From an uncultured Flavobacteriales bacterium (lineage in GTDB: Bacteria; Bacteroidota; Bacteroidia; Flavobacteriales_D; Sanyastnellaceae): a DNA stretch of 64,000 bases. Shown in pieces: positions 19,583 to 29,586 of the stretch. The notes below the pieces were generated by a model that saw only the letters and a program-made list of their open reading frames with translations, searched no databases and was not told where the DNA came from. How positions within the stretch are numbered: position 1 is the stretch's first letter; every line of letters begins with the position of its first letter. A program made the translations under genes and the position numbers. Where the stretch lies: NCBI GenBank assembly GCA_965657495.1, contig CBFHPD010000027.1, positions 9,888-73,887 of the forward strand, written 5' to 3'.

Positions 19583-20266
19583 ATGAAAACGACCCTGCTG
19601 ACCGTGCTGCTCGCCACCTTGACCCTCGGGGGGTGGGCCCAGAAATTCGCCTACATCGATTCGGATTACGTGTTGTTGCACGTGCCGGAGTATGCCGAGG
19701 CGCAGCAAACGCTGAACCAGTTGGCCATTGATTGGCAGGCAGAAATCGAGGCCAAAATGGAGGCCGTCGAACGCCTCGAGCTGGCCTACCGCGCTGAGCG
19801 CGTCCTCCTCACCCCCGAAATGCGCGCCAAGCGGGAGTCGGACATCCAGGCCAAGCGCGAAGAAGCCCGCGCCCTCCAGCGCGAGAAGTTTGGCGTAGAG
19901 GGCGAGCTCTTCCGCCAGCGCCAAGAACTCATTCAACCCATCCAGGATTTGATCTTCGAAGAGCTCAAAGAAATCGCATCCGGTTCGAGCTACATGGTCA
20001 TTTTTGACAAGAGCAACCAGAGCAACATGCTCTACACGAACCCCAAATACGACATTTCCGACCGCCTGATCAAGGCGTTGGGCTATGTTCCCGGCGAGAC
20101 GATTGAAGCCGAGGAGCCCGCCGAAGGGGATGGCGGCGAATCGCTGCTTGACAAAGCACGCGGTGCGATGGACCGGGGTACGGAATCCGTTCGTGGTGCC
20201 GTCGGCGGTGCGGTTGAGGGAGCCCGTGGGGGCATTTCGCCCGGCGCAAGCCGCAACAAGGATTGA
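19583..20266 (+). CDS. OmpH/Skp-family periplasmic chaperone with a disordered Gly/Glu-rich tail
   Basis: MKTTLLTVLLATLTLGGWAQKFAYIDSDYVL followed by coiled coil. It follows bamA directly. Confidence 0.8.
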   Translation: MKTTLLTVLLATLTLGGWAQKFAYIDSDYVLLHVPEYAEAQQTLNQLAIDWQAEIEAKMEAVERLELAYRAERVLLTPEMRAKRESDIQAKREEARALQREKFGVEGELFRQRQELIQPIQDLIFEELKEIASGSSYMVIFDKSNQSNMLYTNPKYDISDRLIKALGYVPGETIEAEEPAEGDGGESLLDKARGAMDRGTESVRGAVGGAVEGARGGISPGASRNKD

Positions 20267-20330
20267 TTTTGGCACAGCTTGTGCACAGCCCTGTGCGCAG
20301 AAGAGAGATTGAAACTACATTCGCACTTCA

Positions 20331-20837
20331 ATGAAGAACATGATGAAGCATTTGATGATGGCCTTGGCCCTGGTGATGGGCATGACAACCGCAGCCCAAG
20401 CCCAAAAGTTGGGGCACGTGGATACGCAAGCCATTTTGATGGAACTCCCTGAACGGGCCGACGCCCAAGCGGCCATTGAGTCGCGCGCCGCAGAGTACGA
20501 GATGGAGATGACGAGCATGCAACAGCAGCTCCAAACCAAGTTGCAAGAGTACCAGTCGAAAGCAGAGACATGGCCCGCCGCCATCCGCCAACAGAAGGAG
20601 CGTGAGTTGCAAGCACTCGACCAGGGGCTTCAAGAATTCGCGTCCACGGTACAGAATGACTTGGCACAGATGGAACAAGAGCTCCTCATGCCGATGATCG
20701 AGCGGGTGCAGGAGGCCATCAACAACGTGGGGGAAGAGCAGGGCTACTCGTACATCTTTGACACGAGCGCAGGCGCAACGGTCTACGTGGGAGGCGAGGA
20801 CGCGGGTCCTGCCATCCGCGCGAAACTGGGCATGTAA
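20331..20837 (+). CDS. OmpH/Skp-family periplasmic chaperone (second copy)
   Basis: Signal peptide, QKLGHVDTQAILMELPE, and coiled coil. Confidence 0.8.
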   Translation: MKNMMKHLMMALALVMGMTTAAQAQKLGHVDTQAILMELPERADAQAAIESRAAEYEMEMTSMQQQLQTKLQEYQSKAETWPAAIRQQKERELQALDQGLQEFASTVQNDLAQMEQELLMPMIERVQEAINNVGEEQGYSYIFDTSAGATVYVGGEDAGPAIRAKLGM

Positions 20838-20855
20838 GCACCGCGCACAACGGAC

Positions 20856-21650
20856 ATGCGTCCATTGGGCATTTTTGATTCGGGCATTGGCGGTTTGACC
20901 GTGGCCCGGGCAGTGGCGGACCGGATGACCGGTTCGCCGCTGTTGTATTTTGGCGATACGGCCCACCTTCCGTACGGCGAGAAATCGCCCCACCTCATCC
21001 GGCACTACGCCTCCCGCATCTCGCACCATTTGCGTGACGAAGGGTGCCGCGCCATCGTGGTGGCTTGCAATTCCGCTTCGAGCAATGCCCTCGATGCGGT
21101 CCGCGATGCCGTCGGCCCCGACATCCCCGTGGTGGATGTCGTAGAGCCCGTGGTGGCGTACCTCAAGTCCCGCTGGCCCGCTGGCCGGGTGGGCGTCATC
21201 GGTACCCGCGCCACCATCGACTCGGGCTTGTACCAGCGCCTGCTCGAGGCCGCCGGGTTGGCGGTGACCGCGCGCGCCACTCCCTTGCTCGCGTCAGCCA
21301 TCGAAGAGGGGTTCCACAAAGGGGCGGTGAGCGAAGCCTTGCTCGCCGCGTACCTCGGGGATGGCGCGTTCGATGAGGTGGACGCCCTCGTGTTGGGCTG
21401 CACCCATTATCCTTTGATTGCGGACCAAATCCGATCGCACTTGCCCCAGCGGGTCGAAGTGGTCGACAGCCCGGCCCTGGTCGCCGAAGCGGTGGCCTCC
21501 TTGTTCCTTGAGGAATGCCATCCCGGCGTCGCACCGACCGCGTCGCACCGTTTCTTGGTGTCTGATTGGACGGACTCTTTCGCCCTCGGGGCACGCCGGT
21601 TTTTTGGTGAGGCCATCCAGTTGGAGGCCACGGATTTGTGGAAGCGCTGA
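20856..21650 (+). CDS. murI: Glutamate racemase
   Basis: GIFDSGIGGLTV, VVACNSASS and LGCTHYPL catalytic Cys motifs. Confidence 0.9.
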   Translation: MRPLGIFDSGIGGLTVARAVADRMTGSPLLYFGDTAHLPYGEKSPHLIRHYASRISHHLRDEGCRAIVVACNSASSNALDAVRDAVGPDIPVVDVVEPVVAYLKSRWPAGRVGVIGTRATIDSGLYQRLLEAAGLAVTARATPLLASAIEEGFHKGAVSEALLAAYLGDGAFDEVDALVLGCTHYPLIADQIRSHLPQRVEVVDSPALVAEAVASLFLEECHPGVAPTASHRFLVSDWTDSFALGARRFFGEAIQLEATDLWKR

Positions 21651-21653
21651 GCG

Positions 21654-22172
21654 TTAGCGGAACCAGTTGGCGTAAGTGACGTACCGATCCGCCGTGTCGG
21701 ACAGGTGGTCACGCAGCTCCGTTCGGACGCCCCCCTTTTCCCGGGCCGGTGCTCCGGCCCACAGGGTGAAGGCTGGGATGCGGGTGCCGGCAAGCACCAC
21801 CGCACCAGCCGCCACCACGGCACCTTCCCCGACCACGGCGCCGTCCATGACCACGGCGCCCATGCCGATGAGCGCTCCCCGCCCGATGTGCGCCCCGTGG
21901 ACGATGGCCTTGTGCCCGACGGACACCCGGTCTTCGAGCACGGTTTCGGACTGCTCAAACGTCCCGTGGATCACGGCACCGTCTTGGATGTTCACCCGCG
22001 CTCCAATGGTGATGGGCGCCACGTCGCCGCGAACAACCGCTTGGAACCAAACCGTGGAATCAGCCCCCAGCTTTACCTCGCCCACAACGGTCGCGTTGGG
22101 GGCCAACCAGCATGTGGCGTCAATGAGCGGGTGGTGGCCGCGTGCAGGCAGGATGAGGGGGGCGTGTTCCAT
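21654..22172 (-). CDS. Gamma-class carbonic anhydrase-like / left-handed beta-helix (hexapeptide) protein
   Basis: ATG at 22172. Hexapeptide repeats and His pattern (VWFQAVVRGD...IQDGAVIHG...VGHKAIVHG). Confidence 0.8.
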   Translation of the reverse strand: MEHAPLILPARGHHPLIDATCWLAPNATVVGEVKLGADSTVWFQAVVRGDVAPITIGARVNIQDGAVIHGTFEQSETVLEDRVSVGHKAIVHGAHIGRGALIGMGAVVMDGAVVGEGAVVAAGAVVLAGTRIPAFTLWAGAPAREKGGVRTELRDHLSDTADRYVTYANWFR

Positions 22173-22189
22173 GATGGGAAGGTAGCGAA

Positions 22190-23707
22190 TCAGCCGCGGT
22201 GTTTGGGGCGCTGGGGGTCCCAAGCGGATTCGAGCCATTCCGCTCGGTCGAATACGCGGTACTGCAAAGCGGCCCCGACATCTTCCTCAGTGATTTCGTT
22301 CCCTTCCCGGATCAAGGCGTGGGTCAATGCGACACTGCGCAGTGCGGCCAAGGCCCGCCCGGAAAACCGCCACCGCCGCATGGCCATGGCCAGGTGGCTT
22401 TCCGCGGGATCGGTCCACGGCAGTCCGTGGGGACGCCGCCCCCGCACCCGTTGGACGATTTCCCGGGCGCTTTCGGTGGTGAGGCCGGGTGATGCCGCGG
22501 GTTGGAGCGACGGCATGCGGGTCTCGAGGTGAATGGGGAATCGATCGACCAGGGGCCCGGACAGGCGCTTGAGGTAGTTCCGCACTTGCGCCGGGGTGCA
22601 CCGGCAGCGGCGCTCGGCATCGAGGAAGTACCCGCACGGGCAGGGGTTGGCGGTCGCGGCGACGAGGCTGCGCGCCGGGAGTTGGGTGCTGCCCGCCGCC
22701 CGTGCCAGTTCCACCACCCCGCGCTCCAACGGAACGCGCAGCGTTTCCATGGCGGGCCGTGACCATTCCGGCAACTCGTCTAGAATCAACAAGCCCCGGT
22801 GGGCCAAAGTCAGTTCCCCAGGCAGAAAGGCCGCCGAGCCATCCAAGGCGTGGCGCCCGGCAGCGCGCGATCCGATGAGGGCGGCCACCCCGCTCCCCGC
22901 GTGTGGATTGCGCAAGGGGGGTGCCCAGGGGTCGGAACGGATGAGACCTTTGGCGGCGTGCAACCGCCGGAGGGTTTGGGCTTCCGAAGGGCTCAGCGCC
23001 GGAAGCAGCCCGTGCAGCGCCCGTGCAGACGTGGATTTGCCCGTTCCAGGGGATCCCAACAGCATCACATGGTGCTCGCCCGCGGCGGCAAGCAGCAGGC
23101 CCCGAAGCAAGTGGTCGTCGCCGTGCACGTCTTCCAAGCGCACTTCGGTCGCGGCCATCGGCGAAGCTTGCCGGCTGACCCACCGTGGCAAAGGCCGCGT
23201 GCCCCGCAAGTGCTCCACGACCTCCGTCAGGTGCTGGGCCCCGTAGAGCGGGGCATCCGCTGTGCTCCCTGAACTGGCTGGAAGCACATGGGCCGCGACC
23301 ACCGTGGCCGAACAACCTGCCTCCACCGCGGCCAGGGGCGCGTTTGCGCTGCTGGGGTGGCCGCGCAAAGAGCCGTCGAGGCCGAGGGCGCCCGCGCTGC
23401 AAAGGTGGGCAATGCGGTGGGCGGGGATGGCTCCGATTTGGGCCAACACCACCAAGGCCAACGGCAGGTCCAAATCCTCCGGGTGCAAACTGGCATTGCC
23501 CGGGCTGATGCTCACCGTCAAGGCTTCCCGCGGCCACGACCACCCCCCGGCCTGCAGGGCCCCGCGGATGCGCAGGAAGGCATCGCGGGCGAGGGACCCG
23601 CTCATGCCGGCCACATGGAACTGGATGCCGCGGCCCGATCGCAATTCAATGGACACGGGCAGGACATCGACCCCGCGCGAAGCGGCGCCGTACGTGCGCA
23701 CAAACAT
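22190..23707 (-). CDS. YifB/ComM-family Mg-chelatase-like AAA+ ATPase
   Basis: Lon-protease-like N-domain (DLDLPLALVVLAQIG), Walker A LLGSPGTGKS, and Walker B GLLILDELPEW. Confidence 0.85.
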   Translation of the reverse strand: MFVRTYGAASRGVDVLPVSIELRSGRGIQFHVAGMSGSLARDAFLRIRGALQAGGWSWPREALTVSISPGNASLHPEDLDLPLALVVLAQIGAIPAHRIAHLCSAGALGLDGSLRGHPSSANAPLAAVEAGCSATVVAAHVLPASSGSTADAPLYGAQHLTEVVEHLRGTRPLPRWVSRQASPMAATEVRLEDVHGDDHLLRGLLLAAAGEHHVMLLGSPGTGKSTSARALHGLLPALSPSEAQTLRRLHAAKGLIRSDPWAPPLRNPHAGSGVAALIGSRAAGRHALDGSAAFLPGELTLAHRGLLILDELPEWSRPAMETLRVPLERGVVELARAAGSTQLPARSLVAATANPCPCGYFLDAERRCRCTPAQVRNYLKRLSGPLVDRFPIHLETRMPSLQPAASPGLTTESAREIVQRVRGRRPHGLPWTDPAESHLAMAMRRWRFSGRALAALRSVALTHALIREGNEITEEDVGAALQYRVFDRAEWLESAWDPQRPKHRG

Positions 23708-23719
23708 GTTCGAAACGGA

Positions 23720-24298
23720 TTAGCAGAGCGCGCGCTCCACGTGATCGATCAGGCTGTGAATGACCTTGATGTGCACTTCTTGCACCCGGTCGGCATAGCC
23801 GTCCCAAGGCACGCGCACTTCCACATCGCAACACCCCGCCAGTTCGCCACCGGATTTGCCGGTCAGGGCGATGACGCGCATGCCCATCGCTTGGGCCGCA
23901 CGCGCAGCCGCCACGACGTTCGCGGAGTTGCCACTCGTGCTGATGGCCAACAAGGCGTCACCCGGCCGCCCGATGGCTTCCATATAACGCGCAAACACCT
24001 GGTCGAAGCCGTAGTCGTTGCCCACACACGTCAAATGGGAAGGATCCGAACAGCAAAGCGCCGCCAGCGCTTTCCGGTCTTCCCGGTAGCGCCCACTCAG
24101 CTCCTCGGCGAAATGCATGGCATCGCACATGCTCCCTCCGTTGCCGCACGAAAGGGCCTTTCCTCCCTGTTCCAACGTTTCTACCAGCACCTGCCCGGCC
24201 GCTCCCACGGACTCGAGGAATGCCGCATCGCCCAGCACCCGCTCAAGCAGTTGAGCGGCCTCTTCCAAATGCGATCGTATGGCTTGATTTGCTTTCAT
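23720..24298 (-). CDS. SIS-domain protein (phosphoheptose isomerase GmhA / DiaA-like)
   Basis: CGNGGSMCDAMHFAEEL, LLAISTSGNSANV and the ALTG pattern. Confidence 0.75.
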   Translation of the reverse strand: MKANQAIRSHLEEAAQLLERVLGDAAFLESVGAAGQVLVETLEQGGKALSCGNGGSMCDAMHFAEELSGRYREDRKALAALCCSDPSHLTCVGNDYGFDQVFARYMEAIGRPGDALLAISTSGNSANVVAAARAAQAMGMRVIALTGKSGGELAGCCDVEVRVPWDGYADRVQEVHIKVIHSLIDHVERALC

Positions 24299-24370
24299 GG
24301 GACGAAGGAAGTCATCGGACGTGCCACCGCCACATGGAATTCACGGACGCGGGCGCAGGGTTCATGGGTG

Positions 24371-26356
24371 TCAGTGGAATGCAGCGAGGCCTTCTTGGAG
24401 GAATGCGATGAAGAGCTCGGGGTCGGGGTCGTAGCCGGCTGAGCCGCCGATTTGGTTCCCCGCATGGTCGAGCATGACGTAGAACGGCTGGGCGTTTTGG
24501 TTGAACTTCGATGCCTGCAGGTAGCTCCACTTGTTCCCAATGTTGCGGATCTTGAAGTCCTTGCCGCCGTAGGTTTCGACGCGTTGTTCGTCTTCGGGCA
24601 AGGCTTGCCGGTCATCCACGTACAAGCTGACGAGCACCACGTCTTCGGTGAGGATGCGCGCGACTTCTGCATTGGGCCAAACTTGCTCCTCCATCTTCCG
24701 GCAATTCACACACGCCCATCCCGTGAAGTCCAACAACACCGGCTTGCCTTCCGCCTTCGCCGCAGCGAGCCCTTCCTCGTAATCGGTGAACCGTGCTTCC
24801 ACGTGCCCCGCGTGGGACCCGCCGTCCGCGCTTACCCCATGCTGCCATTCGCTGTAAAACGCAGGCGGCGGGAACCCGGAAATCAGCTTCACCGGAGCGC
24901 CCCACATGCCGGGGAACAGGTAAATCGCGAAGATGAAGGCGATCATGCCGATGGAGAACCGGAACACCCCGATGCGCCGGTTGTCGCTGTCATGCGGCAA
25001 CACAATCCACCCGAAGAGGTAGAAGGCGATGGCCAACGAAACAGCCACCCAAATGGCAATGAAGAGTTCCCGCTGCAGCAAGCCGAGTTGCAAGACGAGA
25101 TCGGCGTTGGACAGGAATTTGAAGGCGAACCCGATCTCAACCAAACCCAACACCACCTTCACGTTGTTCAACCAACCGCCGGATTGCGGCAAGGAATTCA
25201 GCCAGCCGGGGAAGGCGCTGAAGAGCGCGAACGGAAGGGCCAGGGCAAGCGAGAAACCGAACATGATGGCCGTCGGTGCCGCGTAAGAACCTGTTGCCGC
25301 TCCCGCGAGGGCGCTGCCCACCAAGGGACCCGTGCACGAAAACGAAACGATCGCCAAGGTGGCGGCCATGAAGAAGATGCCGACGATGCCGCCCCGGTCG
25401 GCGGCTTGGTCGGTTTTGTTAGCCCAGCTCGCCGGAAGTTGGATCTCGAACGCGCCCAGGAAGCTCGCGCCAAAAATTACGAGCAAGATGAATAGGAACA
25501 CGTTGAAATAAGGGTTCGTGGAAATGACGTTCAAGACGTCCGGGCCGAAGATGGCCGTCAACAACAGCCCCAGCCCCGTGTAGATCAAGATGATGAACAG
25601 GCCGTAGATCATGGCGTTCCGGATGCCTTGGGCGCGGGTCTTGCTCTGCTTCGTGAAGAAACTCACCGTCATCGGGATCATCGGGAACACGCACGGCGTG
25701 AAAAGCGCCGCGAACCCGAGCAGCATGCCGAGCCAGAAAACGCCCCAAATGCCTTCCTCCTGATCGCCGCCTTCGTGCGTTTCTGCGGCGGGCTCGCCTT
25801 GTTCCTCGTCGGCGCCATGGCACAGGTGTTGCGACGGCGGGCAGTAGTCGCTGATGGCGGGTCCGACCGACCCGAGGGCCACTGCGAAGTCAATGTCCTC
25901 CGGGGGTAAGCAGCGCGCGGAATCGCAGACCATGAAGGACAGGAAGCCCTTGATGGAATCGGTCGCGGCTGCCTCGCTGAGGTCGAGCTGGGCGACCCAG
26001 AAGACCTCCTCTTCGAAGAAGTTCAGGTCCATCATGAAGTTGGGGTCGTACTCGGTAAGGGGCGCGCATTCGCGGACCTCGCCATCCCAGGTGACGCCTG
26101 CGGGGAGTTGCAGCTCGAAGTACGTGGGCAGCGGACCCATGTCGTTCTCGAGGTGCTGGCTGTAGATGTGCCAACACGGCTCGACGCTCGCGTGGAAAAC
26201 GAGGTCGGTTTTGCCGGATTCGGTGGAGGGGTGGAGGCCGATTTGCCACTTGACGGGGTCCAGGATTTGGCCTGAAACGAGCAAGGGAGTGAACAGGGTG
26301 ATGAGGAAGGCCAAAGCCAACGCTCCACCGCCGATGTGTCGCAAATTCTTGAACAT
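24371..26356 (-). CDS. dsbD: Thiol:disulfide interchange protein DsbD-like (N-terminal domain, DsbD membrane core, C-terminal thioredoxin)
   Basis: ATG at 26356. Membrane-core Cys in FTPCVFPMIP and SFSCTGPLVG. Thioredoxin FTGWACVNCRKME. Confidence 0.8.
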   Translation of the reverse strand: MFKNLRHIGGGALALAFLITLFTPLLVSGQILDPVKWQIGLHPSTESGKTDLVFHASVEPCWHIYSQHLENDMGPLPTYFELQLPAGVTWDGEVRECAPLTEYDPNFMMDLNFFEEEVFWVAQLDLSEAAATDSIKGFLSFMVCDSARCLPPEDIDFAVALGSVGPAISDYCPPSQHLCHGADEEQGEPAAETHEGGDQEEGIWGVFWLGMLLGFAALFTPCVFPMIPMTVSFFTKQSKTRAQGIRNAMIYGLFIILIYTGLGLLLTAIFGPDVLNVISTNPYFNVFLFILLVIFGASFLGAFEIQLPASWANKTDQAADRGGIVGIFFMAATLAIVSFSCTGPLVGSALAGAATGSYAAPTAIMFGFSLALALPFALFSAFPGWLNSLPQSGGWLNNVKVVLGLVEIGFAFKFLSNADLVLQLGLLQRELFIAIWVAVSLAIAFYLFGWIVLPHDSDNRRIGVFRFSIGMIAFIFAIYLFPGMWGAPVKLISGFPPPAFYSEWQHGVSADGGSHAGHVEARFTDYEEGLAAAKAEGKPVLLDFTGWACVNCRKMEEQVWPNAEVARILTEDVVLVSLYVDDRQALPEDEQRVETYGGKDFKIRNIGNKWSYLQASKFNQNAQPFYVMLDHAGNQIGGSAGYDPDPELFIAFLQEGLAAFH

Positions 26357-26397
26357 GGTCCCGCGAAGATACTGCGCCGGCCGCATCTGCGCCCCCA

Positions 26398-27096
26398 TTA
26401 AAGGTTAAGCTCCTCGCCGAGCGCGAGGCCGAATCGCCGGCGGACCATCCACGCCCCGAGGTAGACCAGTGGGGTGTCGGCAAGGGCGACCAATACCTTG
26501 AAAACGAATCCATTGAGGAGGAGGGTACCGAAGAGGCCCCACTCGATTTCGCCGACCGCGCACAGCAGCAGGAGGACGGTGGTGGTGTCGAGGAATTGGC
26601 TCGGGATGGTGCTGAGGTTGTTGCGAAGCCACAGGAAGCGGCCGCGCGTCAGGGCTTTCCAGAAATGGAAGATGCGGACGTCGACGAACTGGGCGAGCAG
26701 GTAGGCTGCCATGGAGGCGCCGACGGCGAGGGTGGTTTGGCCGAAGACGTCGGTGAACTGCTGGTCGTTGACGGGGGACCAAGTGGCCGCCGGCGCAGCT
26801 TGGGCGAGGAGGACCATGCCGAGCACGAAGACCGAGGCGACGAGGCCGGCCACCACGACTTGGTTCGCCTTGCGCCGGCCGTAGAGCTCGGAGATCAGGT
26901 CGGTGACGAGGAAGGTCAGGGGGTAGGGGAGCAGCCCCACGCTTTGTTCAAAGGTGAGTCCCGCGAATTCCCAAGTGAAGAACTTGCGGAAGATGAGGTT
27001 GCACGTCACGAGGCTTGCGATGAACAAGCCGCTGAGGATGAGGAGGATGCGGTGCGCTGCCGCGCGTTCTTCCGCGTTGAGGGGGCGACCGGTCAT
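26398..27096 (-). CDS. yhhQ: Queuosine-precursor transporter (YhhQ / VUT family, DUF165)
   Basis: ATG at 27096 inside ORF 26398..28140. LPYPLTFLVTDLISELYG, FVDVRIFHFWK and FLWLRNNLSTIPSQFLDT. It overlaps the tilS stop as ATGA. Confidence 0.8.
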   Translation of the reverse strand: MTGRPLNAEERAAAHRILLILSGLFIASLVTCNLIFRKFFTWEFAGLTFEQSVGLLPYPLTFLVTDLISELYGRRKANQVVVAGLVASVFVLGMVLLAQAAPAATWSPVNDQQFTDVFGQTTLAVGASMAAYLLAQFVDVRIFHFWKALTRGRFLWLRNNLSTIPSQFLDTTTVLLLLCAVGEIEWGLFGTLLLNGFVFKVLVALADTPLVYLGAWMVRRRFGLALGEELNL

Positions 27097-28322
27097 GGGG
27101 CGGTGAATCGGAGGGTTTGTTGCGTGGGGGGGGTGAGGGCGGCGGCGCGGCTGGCGCGGAGGCCGACGAGCCAATGGACGGTGCCGGCGGCGTCGACGAG
27201 GACGCGGTGGGCGGCCCGCTCGGAGGGCGGCACCTTCGCTTGGGTGAGCAGGTCGCTGATGAGCTGGTGGCCATCGAATCCGAAGGGGGCGATCCGGTCG
27301 CCGGGCTGCCACACGCGCAGGGTGAGGGGCCAAACCACCGCATCGGCATCCAGCAGGCACGCCGCCCGATCCACCCGCGGTTCGGCCGGCTGCCCCTCCA
27401 GCACCTCCCAATGCAGCCCCGCGGCGGCACCGCCCTGCGCCGGGCGCGGAATGGACACGGGTTCGAACCCGTCCCGGGCGGCGGCGAAGACGAGGGCGTC
27501 CCGGTCGCGGGTGATGCGCCCACCCGCCACGTCCACGAATGCCCCGGGGTTGGCGAGCCCTGCGAGCACGGAGCCGGACACCCCGTGGAGCCGCCCCCAA
27601 GCCCAAAGCCGCTCGGTGTGGAAGGCGGCACGGGGCGCCAGGGCAAACCGGTTCGGGTCGGCCGGGGCTTTGAACGGGGCGAGGTCGGTGGCGAGGTCGC
27701 GGGCACGCGCGCTGATTTGGCCCAAATGCCCCACCGTGCCCGGCCGCAGCTCCTCCAACAGCGGCAGGACCTCGTGCCGCACGCGATTCCGCAAGTACGC
27801 GCCCTCCGCATTCGACGCGTCCTCCCGCCACCGCACGCCCTGCGCGACCGCCCACGTCCGCAAGTCCGCCCGGCGCACCTGCAACAACGGCCGCAGTACC
27901 ATCCCCCGCCTCGCCGGCATCCCTGCCAACGCGGCCACTGGATCCACCGCCCGCATCACGTGCAACAGCACCGTCTCCGCCTGATCGTCCGCATGGTGCG
28001 CCGTCAGCACCCACGCCCCCATCGCTTCCATCCAGGTGTACCGCGCCTTCCGCGCCTCCGCCTGCACGTTGCCCTTCCCCACCGGCCGGTGCGCTACCCG
28101 GCACGGCCACCCACGCCGCACCGCCTCCCGCACCACCCACTGCGCATCCGCCACCGCATCCGCCCCCCGCAACCCGTAGTTCATGTGCGCCACCCAGCCG
28201 CTCAGCCGCGCCCGGGTCGCCAGTTCCAACAAGGCCATGGAATCCGCTCCGCCGCTCACCGCCAGCACCACCGGTTCCCCCGGTTGCCAGCCCAGCCGGC
28301 GCAGCGGCTCAACGAGGTCCAT
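27093..28322 (-). CDS. tilS: tRNA(Ile)-lysidine synthase
   Basis: PP-loop VLAVSGGADSMAL and downstream HHADDQAET. Start taken at MDLVEPL (28322). Confidence 0.85.
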   Translation of the reverse strand: MDLVEPLRRLGWQPGEPVVLAVSGGADSMALLELATRARLSGWVAHMNYGLRGADAVADAQWVVREAVRRGWPCRVAHRPVGKGNVQAEARKARYTWMEAMGAWVLTAHHADDQAETVLLHVMRAVDPVAALAGMPARRGMVLRPLLQVRRADLRTWAVAQGVRWREDASNAEGAYLRNRVRHEVLPLLEELRPGTVGHLGQISARARDLATDLAPFKAPADPNRFALAPRAAFHTERLWAWGRLHGVSGSVLAGLANPGAFVDVAGGRITRDRDALVFAAARDGFEPVSIPRPAQGGAAAGLHWEVLEGQPAEPRVDRAACLLDADAVVWPLTLRVWQPGDRIAPFGFDGHQLISDLLTQAKVPPSERAAHRVLVDAAGTVHWLVGLRASRAAALTPPTQQTLRFTAP

Positions 28323-29580
28323 CGCTGCCCAATGCGTCCAACAAAGCCCGCGCCTTGAGCAGGCATTCCGCATATTCCCCCTCGGCCGAACTCGCCGCGG
28401 TGATGGCGCCCCCCACCTGGAAGCTCGTCTTCGCCGTGGCGGCGTTGTGGAGCACGGTGCGGATGACCACGTTGAAGTCGAAGTCCCCGTCCGGCGCGAG
28501 GTAGCCGATGGCGCCGGAATACCAGCCCCGCCGATTGGCTTCCAACTCGTCGATGAGCTGCATCGCCCGGATTTTGGGCGCGCCCGTCATCGAACCCATC
28601 GGGAACGTCGCCCGCAGGATGTCGGTGAACGTCGCCTCGGGGCGCACCTTGCAGGTCACCGTCGAAATCATTTGGTGCACGGTTTCGAAGGTGTGGATGC
28701 CGCAAAGTTCCGGCACGTGCACGCTGCCCCGTTCCGCTACGCGGCTCAGGTCGTTCCGCACGAGGTCGCAGATCATGATGTTTTCCGCGCGCTCCTTCGG
28801 GTCGTTTTGCAAGGCGTAGGCCAAATCCGCATCCTCCCTTGCATCGCGCCCGCGCCGCGCCGTGCCCTTGATCGGCTCCGACCGCAACTCCCTGCCCCGC
28901 CGCCGCAAAAACCGTTCGGGCGAGCCGCCGAGGGCGTAGCATTCATCGACGCGCACAAAGGCCGAAAACGGCGCCCGGGTCCGCCCCTGCAACCGCCGGA
29001 ACACGTCCCACGGCCGCTCAAGCTCCCCGTCCCCCGACCACGTCATGCACAAGTTCATCTCGTAGATGTCCCCGCGGCGGAGGTGGCGCTGCACCCGCCC
29101 CCAACGTTGCGCGTAGGTCGCCTCGTCCCAATGGGGCCGCATCACCACCCCAGGGGCGGCCGGCTCGTCCGGTTCCGCCGAGCGCTCCAGCGCTTCGAGG
29201 GCGGCTTGGGCGGCCTCGTCGCTCGCTCCGTGCACGATTTGGCCCCCGGCTGCATCCCAACGGATGACGGCCCGCGGCACGGTCAACGCCGCCACCGGAA
29301 AGTCCAACCGGTCCACGCGTTCCGTCTGCAACGCCTCGATGCTGTTCTTCAAATCGTAGCCCAACACGGCGAACACCCACTCCCCGCGCGCCTCGTCGAT
29401 GAACTGCTGCATCGCCGCGAGGGTCTGCGGTCCTTCCCGCTCGATGCGCAGGGTGCGTTCCGCCCCCAAGGCCAGCAACGTCACGCCCTCCTCCCGCCCA
29501 TCGAACAGGCAGTGCACGTGGGACTCGTGGGCGCAAATCGCGCTCCAGTCCGGCAAGGGGCGGCGTGCGGCGGAGGCCAT
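28309..29580 (-). CDS. pabB: Aminodeoxychorismate synthase component I (chorismate-binding enzyme family)
   Basis: GGSPERFL, PIKGTARRG, ENIMICDLVRND, PMGSMTGAPK and RGWYSGAIGY. Confidence 0.8.
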   Translation of the reverse strand: MASAARRPLPDWSAICAHESHVHCLFDGREEGVTLLALGAERTLRIEREGPQTLAAMQQFIDEARGEWVFAVLGYDLKNSIEALQTERVDRLDFPVAALTVPRAVIRWDAAGGQIVHGASDEAAQAALEALERSAEPDEPAAPGVVMRPHWDEATYAQRWGRVQRHLRRGDIYEMNLCMTWSGDGELERPWDVFRRLQGRTRAPFSAFVRVDECYALGGSPERFLRRRGRELRSEPIKGTARRGRDAREDADLAYALQNDPKERAENIMICDLVRNDLSRVAERGSVHVPELCGIHTFETVHQMISTVTCKVRPEATFTDILRATFPMGSMTGAPKIRAMQLIDELEANRRGWYSGAIGYLAPDGDFDFNVVIRTVLHNAATAKTSFQVGGAITAASSAEGEYAECLLKARALLDALGSDGPR

Positions 29581-29586
29581 GGGCGT